This document shows, one piece after another, positions 1-12,500 of a stretch of DNA of 64,000 nucleotides. The DNA is taken from assembly GCA_030141605.1 (NCBI GenBank), contig JAQGDQ010002379.1, forward strand, positions 62,001 to 126,000, written 5' to 3'. Source of the DNA: Tubiluchus corallicola (lineage: Eukaryota; Animalia; Priapulida). A model generated the notes under the pieces. It saw nothing but the letters and a program-made list of their open reading frames with translations. It was not told the origin of the DNA and ran no database searches. Every line of letters starts with the position of its first letter. Positions within the stretch are counted from its first letter, which is position 1. Made by a program: the position numbers and the translations under genes.

Positions 1-713
1 GAACTAATAGATCATGCGACTACAATACTGCAAAACTATCCGCTTGTTACAGAATAATTTTTTCGAAAGCTCACAATGACTTGGTCAAACCTAACATTAA
101 AATTTCGTCTTCTGTCTGGATCCTCAGGACTTTTTCTTCTGTCTTTTTGAATTGTCTTTCACAAAGCCAGTTCAGTCAAATTCTGTAGATGTTTCATGAA
201 ATCGCGCGTTTGTGTTTGAAGCAACCCTTCCCTATTCAGAATATGCTGGCCGACAGTATGGCTTCAAACAGTTCCATAAGATCAGAGAGTTATTCAACGT
301 GTTGGGTTTTGCAAGGTTACACGTGTATGATACAGATTTCTTGTGACGTATCAGCACGACGAATAGGCCACCAATACCAGGTAAGAATTAAACATTTTGT
401 AAATTAATTTCTCCCAATTTTCATTTACAGAATTTTGTAGTTTGTAAATTTTTGGAAAATTTGTTGATCGTGTTCACACTTATAAAAAAAGTTTTCATGA
501 AATTATATATTCATTGCATTATAGCTACTGTAGTCTCAGTGTATTTCAAGAAATTAAGATTACGTGTATTTTAGAAGTGAACTAAGTTTTACACCTAAAT
601 GTTAGTGGATTCTCACCTAGCATTAACGATAACCTACCATTTCTCTAGTTAACGTGCATTGTAGAACAACTTTAAAAAACGTTTTTTATTTGCCATCTGA
701 CAAAAACGTTTTT

Positions 714-3063
714 AGTGTGCATGTCACGTTTAATTTTAGGTTATTGAGGCAAACATCACTTAGACTAGTACAGCAGTTTTTATTCGTTAATTTATAAAAG
801 AGGTATATTTAAACTTTAGTCAATTATATTCAAAACATTAACGCAGTTACGTACTTAAGGCCTAAACTAATTGTAAGAGAGAAATTTTTAGACGATGCCA
901 CTGCATACATAAACCATAGGGAATACAGTAATATCAAATTTAATTATCGTCTTTTTATTCAGATTTTCAATTTAGAATAAACACTTGGCACTCACGACCA
1001 AGTGGTCACTAAGCTAACTGTGTTAAACCAATGACACACGGCCGCCAAAACACACAAACCCGCCGACGTCGGCCATGATAACTCTCCTTAACAGGGCTGT
1101 CTCTCCCATTAATGCAAACCAGGCAGTTGCGCAGGGCACCAAATTTTGGTTGGCGTCAAATTCTGGAAGTAATTATTTCATTTTGAAGTTTAGCTTAAGT
1201 AATAACATAGCGTATGTGTAATAACATAGCTTAAGTAATAACATTGTGTATGTGTAATAACATAGCTTAAGTAATAAAATTGTGTATGTGTAATACCATA
1301 GCTTAAGTAATAACATTGTGTATGTGTAACATAGATTAAGTAATAGCATTGTGTATGTGTAGTAATATAGCTTAAGTAATAACATTGTGTATGTGTAATA
1401 ACATAGCTTAAGTAATAACATTGTGTATGTGTAATAATATAGCTTAAGTAATAACATTGTGTATGTGTAATAACATAGCTTAAGTAATAACATTGTGTAT
1501 GTGTAATAATATAGCTTAAGTAATAACATAGCGTATGTGTAATAACATAGCTTAAGTAATAACATTGTGTATGTGTAATAATATAGCTTAAGTAATAACA
1601 TAGCGTATGTGTAATAACATAGCTTAAGTAATAACATTGTGTATGTGTAATAATATAGTTTAAGTAATAACATTGTGTATGTGTAATAATATAGCTTAAG
1701 TAATAACATTGTGTATGTGTAATAACATAGATTAAGTAATAACATTGTGTATGTGTAATAACATAGATTAAGTAATAACATTGTGTATGTGTAATAACAT
1801 AGCTTAAGTAACAACATAGCGTATGTGTAATTCTTTAAGTGCGCAACACTAATCAAACGAAACGAACCATAATCTTTCTGTCGAAATGGATAATTCATCG
1901 ATGCTAGGAAGTTAATTCCTACAGCAAAACACTTTCTAGTTTAGTTTTATTTGTATTTCTAAGATTACATCATTCCACTCAGACATTTCTTGCGCGTGAT
2001 TTTGCAAGCATTTTCTATTCTATGCATCGAGCAGCCTCGCTACGTAAGTGCTTATTGTAATGACCCTTACGTTAATAAACACTTCTTTCTATAGCATTTG
2101 TCTAATTATGCCAAATAAACTTACAAGAGTCGAAGTGTTTAGGAGCGGAATTATACAGGAAATGAAAAGCAAGAAAGCTAGCGGGTGACGGGTGGCGGGT
2201 GGCGACAATGAACAGCAGAAAGATTCGCCAGTGAAGCATTTGCAACAAAACCAGAGTTATGAAGCAGATGAAGCTAGTGAAATGGATGTACACGAAGAAA
2301 GAAGTTAAAGTTTCAAGGATTTCCTGACGAATAGCTGAGGGAAAATCTAAACAAGAAGAGCTGAAATCACAGAAATTTGATTGCTCCTGTAATAGGGTTA
2401 TAAAGTCAGTTTCAAATTTAGTCAACACAATACAAGCTGTAGATAGGTAATTGACCACACTTAATTAGTTCACTATCACACATGCATAAGTCTAACACAC
2501 AGGTACCATTATACTTTATTATAATATCATACAAGAAAAATTCAAATTTGCTGATGCTGTGTGAACCGGGGTGGAAGGGGTTGACCGTTGTTCAAATTCC
2601 GTCAACACAGCACAAACTGTAGATCTATCACACATGCATAAGCCTAACGCACAGGTAGCATTATACTTTACTATAATATTATACAAGAAAAATTCAATTT
2701 TGCGGGTGCTGTGTGGACCGTGGAAGGGGTTGACCGTTGAAGAGGGGGCGCTAAAACTAATTTTCCCTAAGGCCTACTAAGGAAAATTGTGTTAGCCATG
2801 ACCCCTTAGATCTGAATAAAAAGACGATACTTCAATTTGATATTACTGTACACCACATGGTTTATGTATGTATTTTAAATTTCTCTCATGCAATTAGCTT
2901 AGGTCTTAAGTACGTAATTGCGTTAATGTTTCGAACAGACATCAAAAATAATTCACTAAGAGTTTAAATATACCTGTTTTATAAATTAATAAATAAATAC
3001 TGCTGTACTAGTCCAAGTGATTTTTGCCTCTGTAATTTAAAATTAAACGTGATATGCACACTC
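714..3063. mobile_element. Long inverted-repeat pair (~250 bp arms at ~714-964 and ~2810-3063); foldback/long-TIR-like relic
   Basis: Left arm ...gactagtacagcag...cattaacgcagttacgtacttaagg...tacagtaatatcaaat...ttattcagat is matched in reverse complement by the right arm. No TSD or transposase was identified. Confidence 0.5.
1190..1830. repeat. 36-bp minisatellite, ~18 copies
   Basis: Unit tagcttaagtaataacattgtgtatgtgtaataaca; it explains the spurious 241-aa ORF with 12-aa periodicity. Confidence 0.95.
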
Positions 3064-3559
3064 AGACTACCTAGAGCCCACCCTGCTCGTTAAATTATAG
3101 AAGCCATTGAAAAGATTCACACTTGTGAAACTACTAGCTGTTCGCGTCTGTAGTGTAATGTAACTACAAAAACTTATAAATTAAGTATCTTAGCGCATTA
3201 TATCGTTGTATGTAAAAATGTCCTACCGAAGAGAGACACTGCCAGTTCAAGCATTTTTCGTTCTTTGATTTGATACAGTGAGTTATCATTGATAGACGGT
3301 GCTATACTTAATTTCTCTAAGGAAAAAGCCAGAAAGGCACTTAGTATATATGCTAAACAGTCCGTTCATCGCTTATGTTTTCCTTTATTGCTATTTTGAT
3401 GATTGCTGTTCATTGCTAGTTTTGCTGCTAGCTAAAATACTCGTGTTTATCTAACTGTCTTTCATGTTTGGCATCAAAATTTCATCAATTGTTGGTTTTT
3501 TCCATCCTTAAAGGAAGACAGGGTGATTTTTTTATATACCAGCCCATTTCAAGTCCGAT

Positions 3560-4110
3560 AAAAGGGATACATTTTAACACAATTAATACCGCAAAAGTAG
3601 TTCTCATAATTAAATAATAGATTAAAAATTTAATTAACGGCGGGCTAGCCCACCTATTGATGACATCACCAATTAACATAATTTTCAAAGGCAAAAATAC
3701 TCCACTAGCTTGTTTGAACTGTTTGAAAAGTACAGTGGTATTCAGTGTGTTGTATCAAAGCAAGGCAAGTTTTAATATAAAAATTCAAATTTCAGAATAA
3801 GTGCTGTGCTCACGCATGAGCTGTCGAATGTTTGTAGTTCGTCGCAAACTAACGCATCTGAACAGAGAGGCACAGCACCTGTTTTTTGTGCATTGCGTTT
3901 CTGAAATGCAGGCGCTAGTGCCCGTCTAGCTAACGAATGGCGAAATGCATGTAACAGCGAAGAACTAGTGGCGCGAACGTGAAATTGTATTTCTGGGGTA
4001 TTAATTATTTCACGTAAGTCATTTTTGAAAAAAAGAGTATGTTTCCTTTCAATATTTTAAAGAGTAGATTGTTTTGACCTACAGTTTAAGATTAGGCCTG
4101 GTTTTACTTT
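3560..4110 (+). mobile_element. Dispersed repeat (~550 bp), probably a non-autonomous DNA transposon; second copy at ~51850-52385
   Basis: Colinear similarity (ttaattaacggc...gcccac...tgacatcac...cacgtaagtcatttttgaaaaaa...gttttgacctacagtttaagatt) at both sites. The 3' ~80 bp is triplicated at ~4935-5195. Confidence 0.65.
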
Positions 4111-5325
4111 AATAATAATAATCTTGATTCTAGTTACTCAATTAAGTCATTAATTTTCCACAGAAATTTCAGGATCAAAATTGATGTTAATTGTTAGATT
4201 CACTCCAGTGTAAGAGGTCTAACAGTGGAAATGCTGAAATTAGTTTACCAAACAAAAAGAATGAACTTTGGGCTGCTTTAATCATTGGAAATAGGGAAAT
4301 AGGGAGACAAAATCCAGGCTGTATCCCATCTATTTTCAAATTTCCTGTCTCTGGGCTTTAGTATCAAAATTTAATTTACTGTATCTTTGTTCCATCATTC
4401 ATGTTCTGTCATTGTTTTAATTTTGTCGGAAAAATTTATTTGACCCAACATCTTGGTCTGTGGATAGTTTTTTCCTAGAAACGGAGAAGGGTTTTTATGG
4501 GATATGAAAAAGGGTGGTTATATTTTCACTGTTTGTGACGTTTTTCTGCCTAGACCCGAAGTCTCATTTTCATTTTCTTTTCGGGACTGTGCAGTGATTG
4601 TAAAATGCTTAGCAAGAAAAACATTTTTACGTTTTAATTTGGTTTTCCCACAAAAATAAATCTGTGTATACGAGTTACGTGCCTATTCCGACAGAACTAT
4701 AACTACAATGTATTACCGGTTTATTTCCTAAACGCTATTTCGCCAACTTAAACATCGAAATTTTAAGTTTCGAAGTTTTACAAACGACGAGTAAAATCAT
4801 CAGCAATACAAGTGCACTAATTCTCAGATTATTTTCCCACTAAACTGTGAATTTTACTCTTGTTGTTGGAGTGTGTCCCATTCTTTTGTGCTTGCTAAAC
4901 TATTTTGGGATAAATTGCGCTAAGCATTCTTTCATGTAAGTCATTTTTGAAAAAAAATAGTATGTGTCCTTTTAATATTTTAAAGAGTAGATTGTTTTGA
5001 CCTACAGTTTAAGATTGGGTCCGGTTTTACTTTATATAGTATGTTTCCTTTCAATATTTTAAAGAGTAGATTGTTTTGACCTACAGTTTAAGATTGGGTC
5101 CGGTTTTACTTTATATAGTATGTTTCCTTTCAATATTTTAACGAGTAGATTGTTTTGACCTACAGTTTAAGATTGGGTCCGGTTTTTACTTTATATTATA
5201 CTTTATATATTTTACTTTAATTTATAACACGGAATTATATAGAATAATTTTTGCTTGCATTACAATTTTTTTCTACTAATGATTGATAACTAACGATCAT
5301 GAAAATACTCGATTATTTTTGCAGT

Positions 5326-6504
5326 ATGCAGGGGATAGGTGTTTGCCTGGTATTGGTATTACTGGCAGGACTATCATCTACTGAAACTCAGCCAGGTAAG
5401 TATTAATTTGGTTTCACATTTTAAATACAGTTTGACGTCGGTTAGTTAAATTATTTCGCCATTATTAGGTGTAAGACATTAAGAAAATGAACATATCTGT
5501 ATCTCTATAAGTTCAGCAGTTGTTTCACTGATTGTTTGATTGGTTTTTTTCAACATGAAATTTTGACAGCAAATGTCTGGAGAATCTTAATTAACGCTGG
5601 CGCAATTTTTGGCAAATTCTTTTTTTCATTTACGGTTTGTGTGGGATTTTGATAAAAGTAAATCAAATGTTATTGATATGAACCTTTGTTTCCGTGCCTG
5701 TGCCGTTAATGAAACACCATTGTTTAGTAGCCAAATTAGCGATGTTACTATGTTTTAAATGTGTTAATCAGAATTTAACAATCCATTGCGATTCCTTCCA
5801 TCTACGATTAACAGCTATCTGTTGGTGAGCATAAACCGCAATCGTTTGTTAAATTCTTTGTTTTCACACTACAATCAAAGACTAATTATCCAAAACACCA
5901 TATTATGGTTAGGTAATTAGTAATTACAGTAAACAGTTAAGTGTAAGTAAACTAACAGTTCCCTTGGTTGGTGACCTAATATTATGCAATAATGAACGCT
6001 AATCCTAAAGAATTTTAAGATACTTTTCTTTCAACTCTTTTTTTTCATAACTAAACATACATGTTTATCCACTTTTGCTAGCTTCAAGCGGAAAATTAAT
6101 TTTTTTTCTTCCTTTGACTCTAGGTCCTCATAATATTAATTTTAAATACGTAAAGGTTAAATTATTATTAAAAGATAGGCACGTGTGTCTCTTCTTTCCC
6201 ATTATTGAACATTATTTTATTATAAACTAACACATTCGTATAACGTTCAATTTTCATTCGTCTTAAATGCAAAATCTGATAATTTTTTATTATCTGATAC
6301 ATGCGCATTAACTAATTAATTATATTAGTAACAATTCTGAGAGGGTGGCTGACCTCGATGACTTATAGTTCTTTCGCCACCCTTTCACCACTAATCAATA
6401 ATTACTTTTGCACTTTGTAATGTTGTATTATTGTATGTTGTATAGATTTATAAATCTGTTAGTTATGTATTTTGCTATTTTAAAAATGGTGATAAACTAA
6501 TAAA

Positions 6505-6550
<46 letters not shown>

Positions 6551-9500
6551 TACTCATGGGATTGAATTAAGAACGCCCGCGTTCACACGTGTCTGTGTTG
6601 TCTAGTCATTGGTTTGAATTCCAAAGGTTTCTGGTTCAAATATATTGTGTTCACTTTACCAATAACTGATAATCTCGAATTTAAACTTATAACTAATTAG
6701 CTAATTATTTTATTTAATTACTTTCCAGAAGTTCCAAGTCATCTTCATGACTACGATTCCTACGTGCGGTTCTGCTTTTACCCGGGGGAGGCAGCTCGAC
6801 GTCCCGCGCCAGCCACGTTCTTACCAGAAGACATCGACCCCTCAACTTGCACGCACATCGTGTTTGGATACGCCACAATATTGGATAATGAGCTGACGGC
6901 CAAGTCAGAGTCAGATTTAGGTAAGTTGCTTGTTGCAAAGTGCTTTTGCCAATATGGTGTTATTGTTTACCATCCAAAGAAATTTCTGTGCTCATTGCGA
7001 TGATGATGATGATTATGGCGACGACGACAACGATGATGATTCAGCTTTAAGTAGAACAGACAAACAAAGCTGCAATGAGATTTTTTATTGCCCACGATAA
7101 ATTACGAATTACAACTACATAACAGAGATTAGTCACACAGGGCAACTACACGTAGCATTTTTTAATTTTTTTATATGACTGTCTTTCGTATCGAACACGC
7201 AACCTCCTGTACGGAGCTCGGACGTTTTACCTATCAGGCTACGCAGCCACTGTATTTGCCTAAGTGTTTGAAGAGAGACAGTACGACGTGACTATTAAAC
7301 GAATACACAACATTGTCGTTCTGGCTATTGAGATTGCAAGCTGAGGTAAAAAGGTATCGAGGTTTAGGGACTGAAGTCGTGGACACTGGGTAGTGGGTTT
7401 TGAGTTTAAACAGGTACTGTGGGTAGAAATACCAAAAAACGTCAGGTCTATTTTATACACTCCCGAAATACTTTTCAGATTGCACGCAAAGTGTTAAAAT
7501 TACTTGAAGATCACCAGTCGAATATTCATTCACGAAAAAAGGTTTATAAATAGAAGTAAATAAGTATAATCATTTTACTAGTTTTACAATCTGTTCACAA
7601 ACCTACTAAATTGACAATATGATAAAAATCATGGTTTTTTGGTTCTTTTCTTAGAGAAGCGGTACGAAATCTCGACTTCACACTTAATCGCATTTAGATA
7701 TAGATCTAGTAACTAATTTAATCTACAGCCAAAGGGAAGAAATAAAATGAGGTCTGCAACATCTTGATGGCTCTGCTTGTTAAATGGTTTCAGCTTATCG
7801 TAGCCCCGAATGCACCACTCATATTTTACGCCTAGCACACGAACGCAGCGCACCCTGTGCTTAACTCCCCAGCCTGTGGTATCATTGATGACTTTCTTTT
7901 CTGGCTAATTATCACATTGGACACAATTCAATTCAATTCAATAATTTTTTATTTGGCTGATTTGCAACACAAAACATTAAACTATATACGTAATGATAGC
8001 AACAATGCGATAACAAAAACAGGTATGGTTTGAAAATTCTACAGAGTAGGATCGTGAACTTTCCAGACTCACCCCGAGACATGTCTTCTGTTCCTGAAAT
8101 GGTAACTCGCGTAATTTCGTAACTTTGAAGCTCGTAGCTCTAATTTTAAATGCTTTTACTCACTTTCTGCATATAGTATTTTTTAGCACTTCTAGTTTTA
8201 GTCTAGGTAAATTTTAATTGTATGTTTTTGTGGCTTTTATGCTGAAATAAATAGTACAATGAATGGATCAATCATAAATCAATCATTCTGACATGCTCTT
8301 CTCCTCACTTCTTAGCTTAACAAACCCAAATGAGGTTCAGTTTTAGTTATTTCAATGGCAAATAAAAAAAATTGATTTAATTTTGCTTTAATTTTGTTGC
8401 GTTTTTCCAACTTTTTTGTTAAATGATAAAGCACATAAAAATTGACGATATAAAACACATTGAAAAATCCCTGGTAAAGACCTACTTAACAATAACCAAG
8501 GTACACGGTGCAAGAAAGCAACAAACTGAACAAAGACCTGATCAAGTAAAAGTGCATTCAAAGCTGTGGTACAAGGAAAAAACCTAATGAAGCAATGAGT
8601 ATTGAAGTAACTTTCCACAAATTTTATATTTTGTCAGAATTTCAAGAGGCCATTTATGCACTTTAACCCATGTCACAAAAATGATGTGTCGCATTCATTG
8701 TTAAACCAAATTTTGAGCTAAACGTTTTTTAAAACATCGTTATTGCATTGTTTAAGACGCTGGTTGGGCTTTAAATTGCTATTTGCAGTAATACCTAACT
8801 AAAAAATCCGTTTGCACTAACTGTTTCTGTCGAAGCATTTAATAAAATTCTTTTTTAGAATTGTTTCAGAGAATCCTGGCCCTAAAAAACCAAAATCCAG
8901 ATCTGAAGGTACTGCTAGCAGTAGGCGGTTGGGCAGAAGGTTCACAGCGTTTCAGCAATATGGCGTGGTCTCTCAACTCACGTCTTACCTTTGTTAATTC
9001 TGTACTTCATTTCCTGAGACAATATGGTTTCGATGGACTAAATGTCGACTGGGAGTTTCCGGGCTACGAACGAAGAGGTGGACATCCTTCAGATAGAGAC
9101 AATTTACCACTGCTCTTAGAGGTATTGATATAAAAATATTAGTAGTATTTGACAGGCTATAACACTCTAACTGCTTTGCTCTTGAAATTCATCTTTTCAA
9201 GCATTTTAAAGCAGGTTGTTAGTTCTGCTAGTTGACCGTCGGTTCTTCGTGTCTATATGGTGTAGTTTTGGCTTGAACAAATTAATGCAAAGTGAGGACT
9301 CTTCTTACCCAATATCTCTGTGTCAATTTTAAATTTATGTACAATTGTGTGTTTAATTTTTAGGAGCTTCACAAGATCTTTACGATGGAAGCCAAGTTTT
9401 CCGGCAACAATCAACTAATCTTGGCCACCACGATACCGGGCGCTAAATACTGGATAGATTTGGGTTACGACATCCCGAAAATCTCTTCGTGCGTTTATAA

Positions 9501-12500
9501 ATACGTTTCTTATTTTTGATGAAAATAATTGGTACTAATAACGCTATTTAAAAGTTGAATTATCAGTGAATGATAAATTATTATGTAGAAGATAACCGCC
9601 CTGCAGGTCAAGTGACTAACCTCAAAATTGTCCTTGAAATCTATCATCTACTACCATTAATCCTTGCAAAGCGCCTTGTGTAAAAAACATCTCTGGTTAT
9701 TTGTGCTCAAAGAGAAAAAGCTTCTCATAATATTCTTGATTTCTAAATGCAGGTTTAGTGATTATTTACCAATGATGACTTATCACCTTAATGGAATATG
9801 GAACAAACACGCTGGTCATGGAAGTCCTTTGCATCCTCACTCCTACGATGTGGACAAAACTGCGAATATTGTAAGTGAAGAGGTCGCCTTTGAAATATCT
9901 TTGTTTTTAGTAATTTCAGTTAAGTGTAAGACAACTTGGAAAATCACACACAAGCAAGGGCAGCATTTTTGTGTCATGTGTGTGAAAGGGATAAATTATT
10001 GGAAAATCACGGAAGCACTTTTGAGACTAATAGCTATGAAGATGCGGTATGATCGTTTTCCTTAGATAACCTAGTAATCTTCCATGCCATATAGTGTTCC
10101 TTGGTTTTTAGGGTACTTGGATAACCTAATAATCTTCCATGCCATGTAGTGTTCCTTAGTTTTTAGTGTACTTGGATAACCTAATAATCTTCCATGCCAT
10201 GTAGTGTTCCTTAGTTTTTAGTGTACTTAGATAATCTAATAATCTTCCATGCCATATAATGTTCCTTAGTTTTTAGTGTACTTAGATAACCTAATAATCT
10301 TCCATGCCATGTAGTGTTCCTTAGTTTTTAGGGTACTTAAATAACCTAGTAATCTTTCATGTCATATAGCGTTCCTTAGTTTTTAGTGTACTTAGATAAT
10401 CTAATAATCTTCCATGCCATGTAATGTTCCTTAGTTTTTAGTGTACTTAGATAATCTAATAATCTTCCATGCCATGTAATGTTCCTTAGTTTTTAGCGTA
10501 CTTAGATAATCTAATAATCTTCCATGCCATATAATGTTCTTTAGTTTTTAGTGTACTTAGATAATCTAATAATCTTCCATGCCATGTAGTGTTCCTTAGT
10601 TTTTAGTGTACTTAGATAATCTATTAATCTTCCATGCCATGTAGTGTTGCTTAGTTTTTAGTGTACTTAGATAATCTAATAATCTTCCATGCCATGTAGT
10701 GTTCCTTAGTTTTTAGTGTATTTAGATAATCTAATAATCTTCCATGCCATATAACGTTCCTTAGTTTTTAGTGTACTTAGACAATCTAATAATCTTCCAT
10801 GCCATATAGCGTTCCTTAGTTTTTAGTGTACTTAGATAATTTAATAATCTTCCATGCCATATAGCGTTCCTTAGTTTTTAGTGTACTTAGATAACCTAAA
10901 TCCTATTATCGTTGCTTTTTTTTAAGGAATTCATCGTCCAATATTGGATAAACCATGGAACGGATCCAAAGAAATTGCTGCTGGGAATTCCTCTTTTTGG
11001 ACAGACTTACACTCTCCAAGACCCATCTGACCACATGTTAAATGCACCTATTGTAGGAAGTGGCAAGGCTGGACACATGTATCAACAGGAAGGAATGATG
11101 CCGTACTACGAGGTTTGTGCCCACAAAACTTTGCTTGAGCTTATTCTTATTAAGATTTTCGGCTTCTTGTGGATTGGTAAACACCAATCTTATTACTGCT
11201 TAAGTGATAGATTTAGCCAACTGAACAACTGATAATGCTTCTTGCGAATATTTTTTGAATGACTTACAGATCTACGTCTTCACTCATAATAAATGAATAA
11301 ATTACGACAAAATTTGCAGATTATAAAGATTCGCAAATCTGTTTCGGAAAATTCACAAACATTTTAATGGTACCAATGTGCGGCATTTGTCACATTTGCA
11401 AATAAATAAAAATTGTGGTTTATTTCTATTAATTTTAATGACTTGCATTACTTAAATCTTTTGTAGGTGTGTTCTGAAGTGATGCCAAGCTATGAAAGCT
11501 TTTGGGTTGAAGATCAGCTTGTTCCATTTGCTTACAAAAATGACCAATGGATTGGCTACGAGGATTCAAGGAGTATTAGTGAAAAGGTAACAATCCTTTG
11601 CAGTATATTTGGACAAGTTCTAGAACTTCCATCACCAAACTTTCACTAATTTTTTTGTACGTATTGTTGACCACAGTTAGCATTCAACTGGTTACTGATC
11701 ACCAACTTTTGTAATTTTTGCAACGCATTTGCATGTTATCAACGGGCCTCATTTTTCCCTGACTGACAATAGGGTTCGTCTAACTAGTTTTTGTTTGTAG
11801 GTCAAGTATGTGATCGACAATCACCTTGGAGGCGTTATGGTCTGGGCATTAGGTTTTGATGATTTTAAAGGTCATTGTAATCATGGAAGGAATCCTCTGT
11901 TGACCACAATAAAAACAGAATTGCTGGAAGTGACACAGGTGACCTATGTAATCCACACAAAATCTTCAAATGTTTTACAGCAGTTGCCGCACAAGTATGA
12001 AACGGGTGCAGTAGAACCACATTATGCAACATCACATCACGGTGAGACGTACAGGCGTCATACTGTGCAACATCGGCGACACTACGTACAACATGTATCC
12101 CATCAGCAAGAAGGACAACACCCTGTTCATGGATATGATGAGCACCATGCCTACCATGGGCACAGTCGCAGTCGCAGAGTGGAGTCATCATATTCACGGC
12201 ACGGGAATTATCACGATGCGTATCCTCATCAAACACAAGGAAGTTACATACCATATCAAGAACACGAAATGATTCCCCACGAAACGTACAATTACGAAAC
12301 ATATCCACACAGAGATGCATATGAAGTCTACCCTAGCAACAGCTATCCTTATGACGCTCACAATTATGTAATATATCTGCCGGAGCAGTATGACGTGCAC
12401 CCTCATCAAACACATGAGAATTACGGTGCATATTCAGCACATGGACAGTATGATGATTTCGAAGTACATCCTCGTGAAAGTTCTGAAATATATCCAGTAA

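Noticed and set aside
1173-1898. 241-aa Leu/Tyr-rich ORF
   Set aside because: Translation of a 36-bp minisatellite; no gene structure.
10061-10898. CRISPR-like regular arrays (also 25835-26605, 28379-28785, 62455-63127)
   Set aside because: Contiguous tandem units without unique spacers, no cas genes, and a eukaryotic context.
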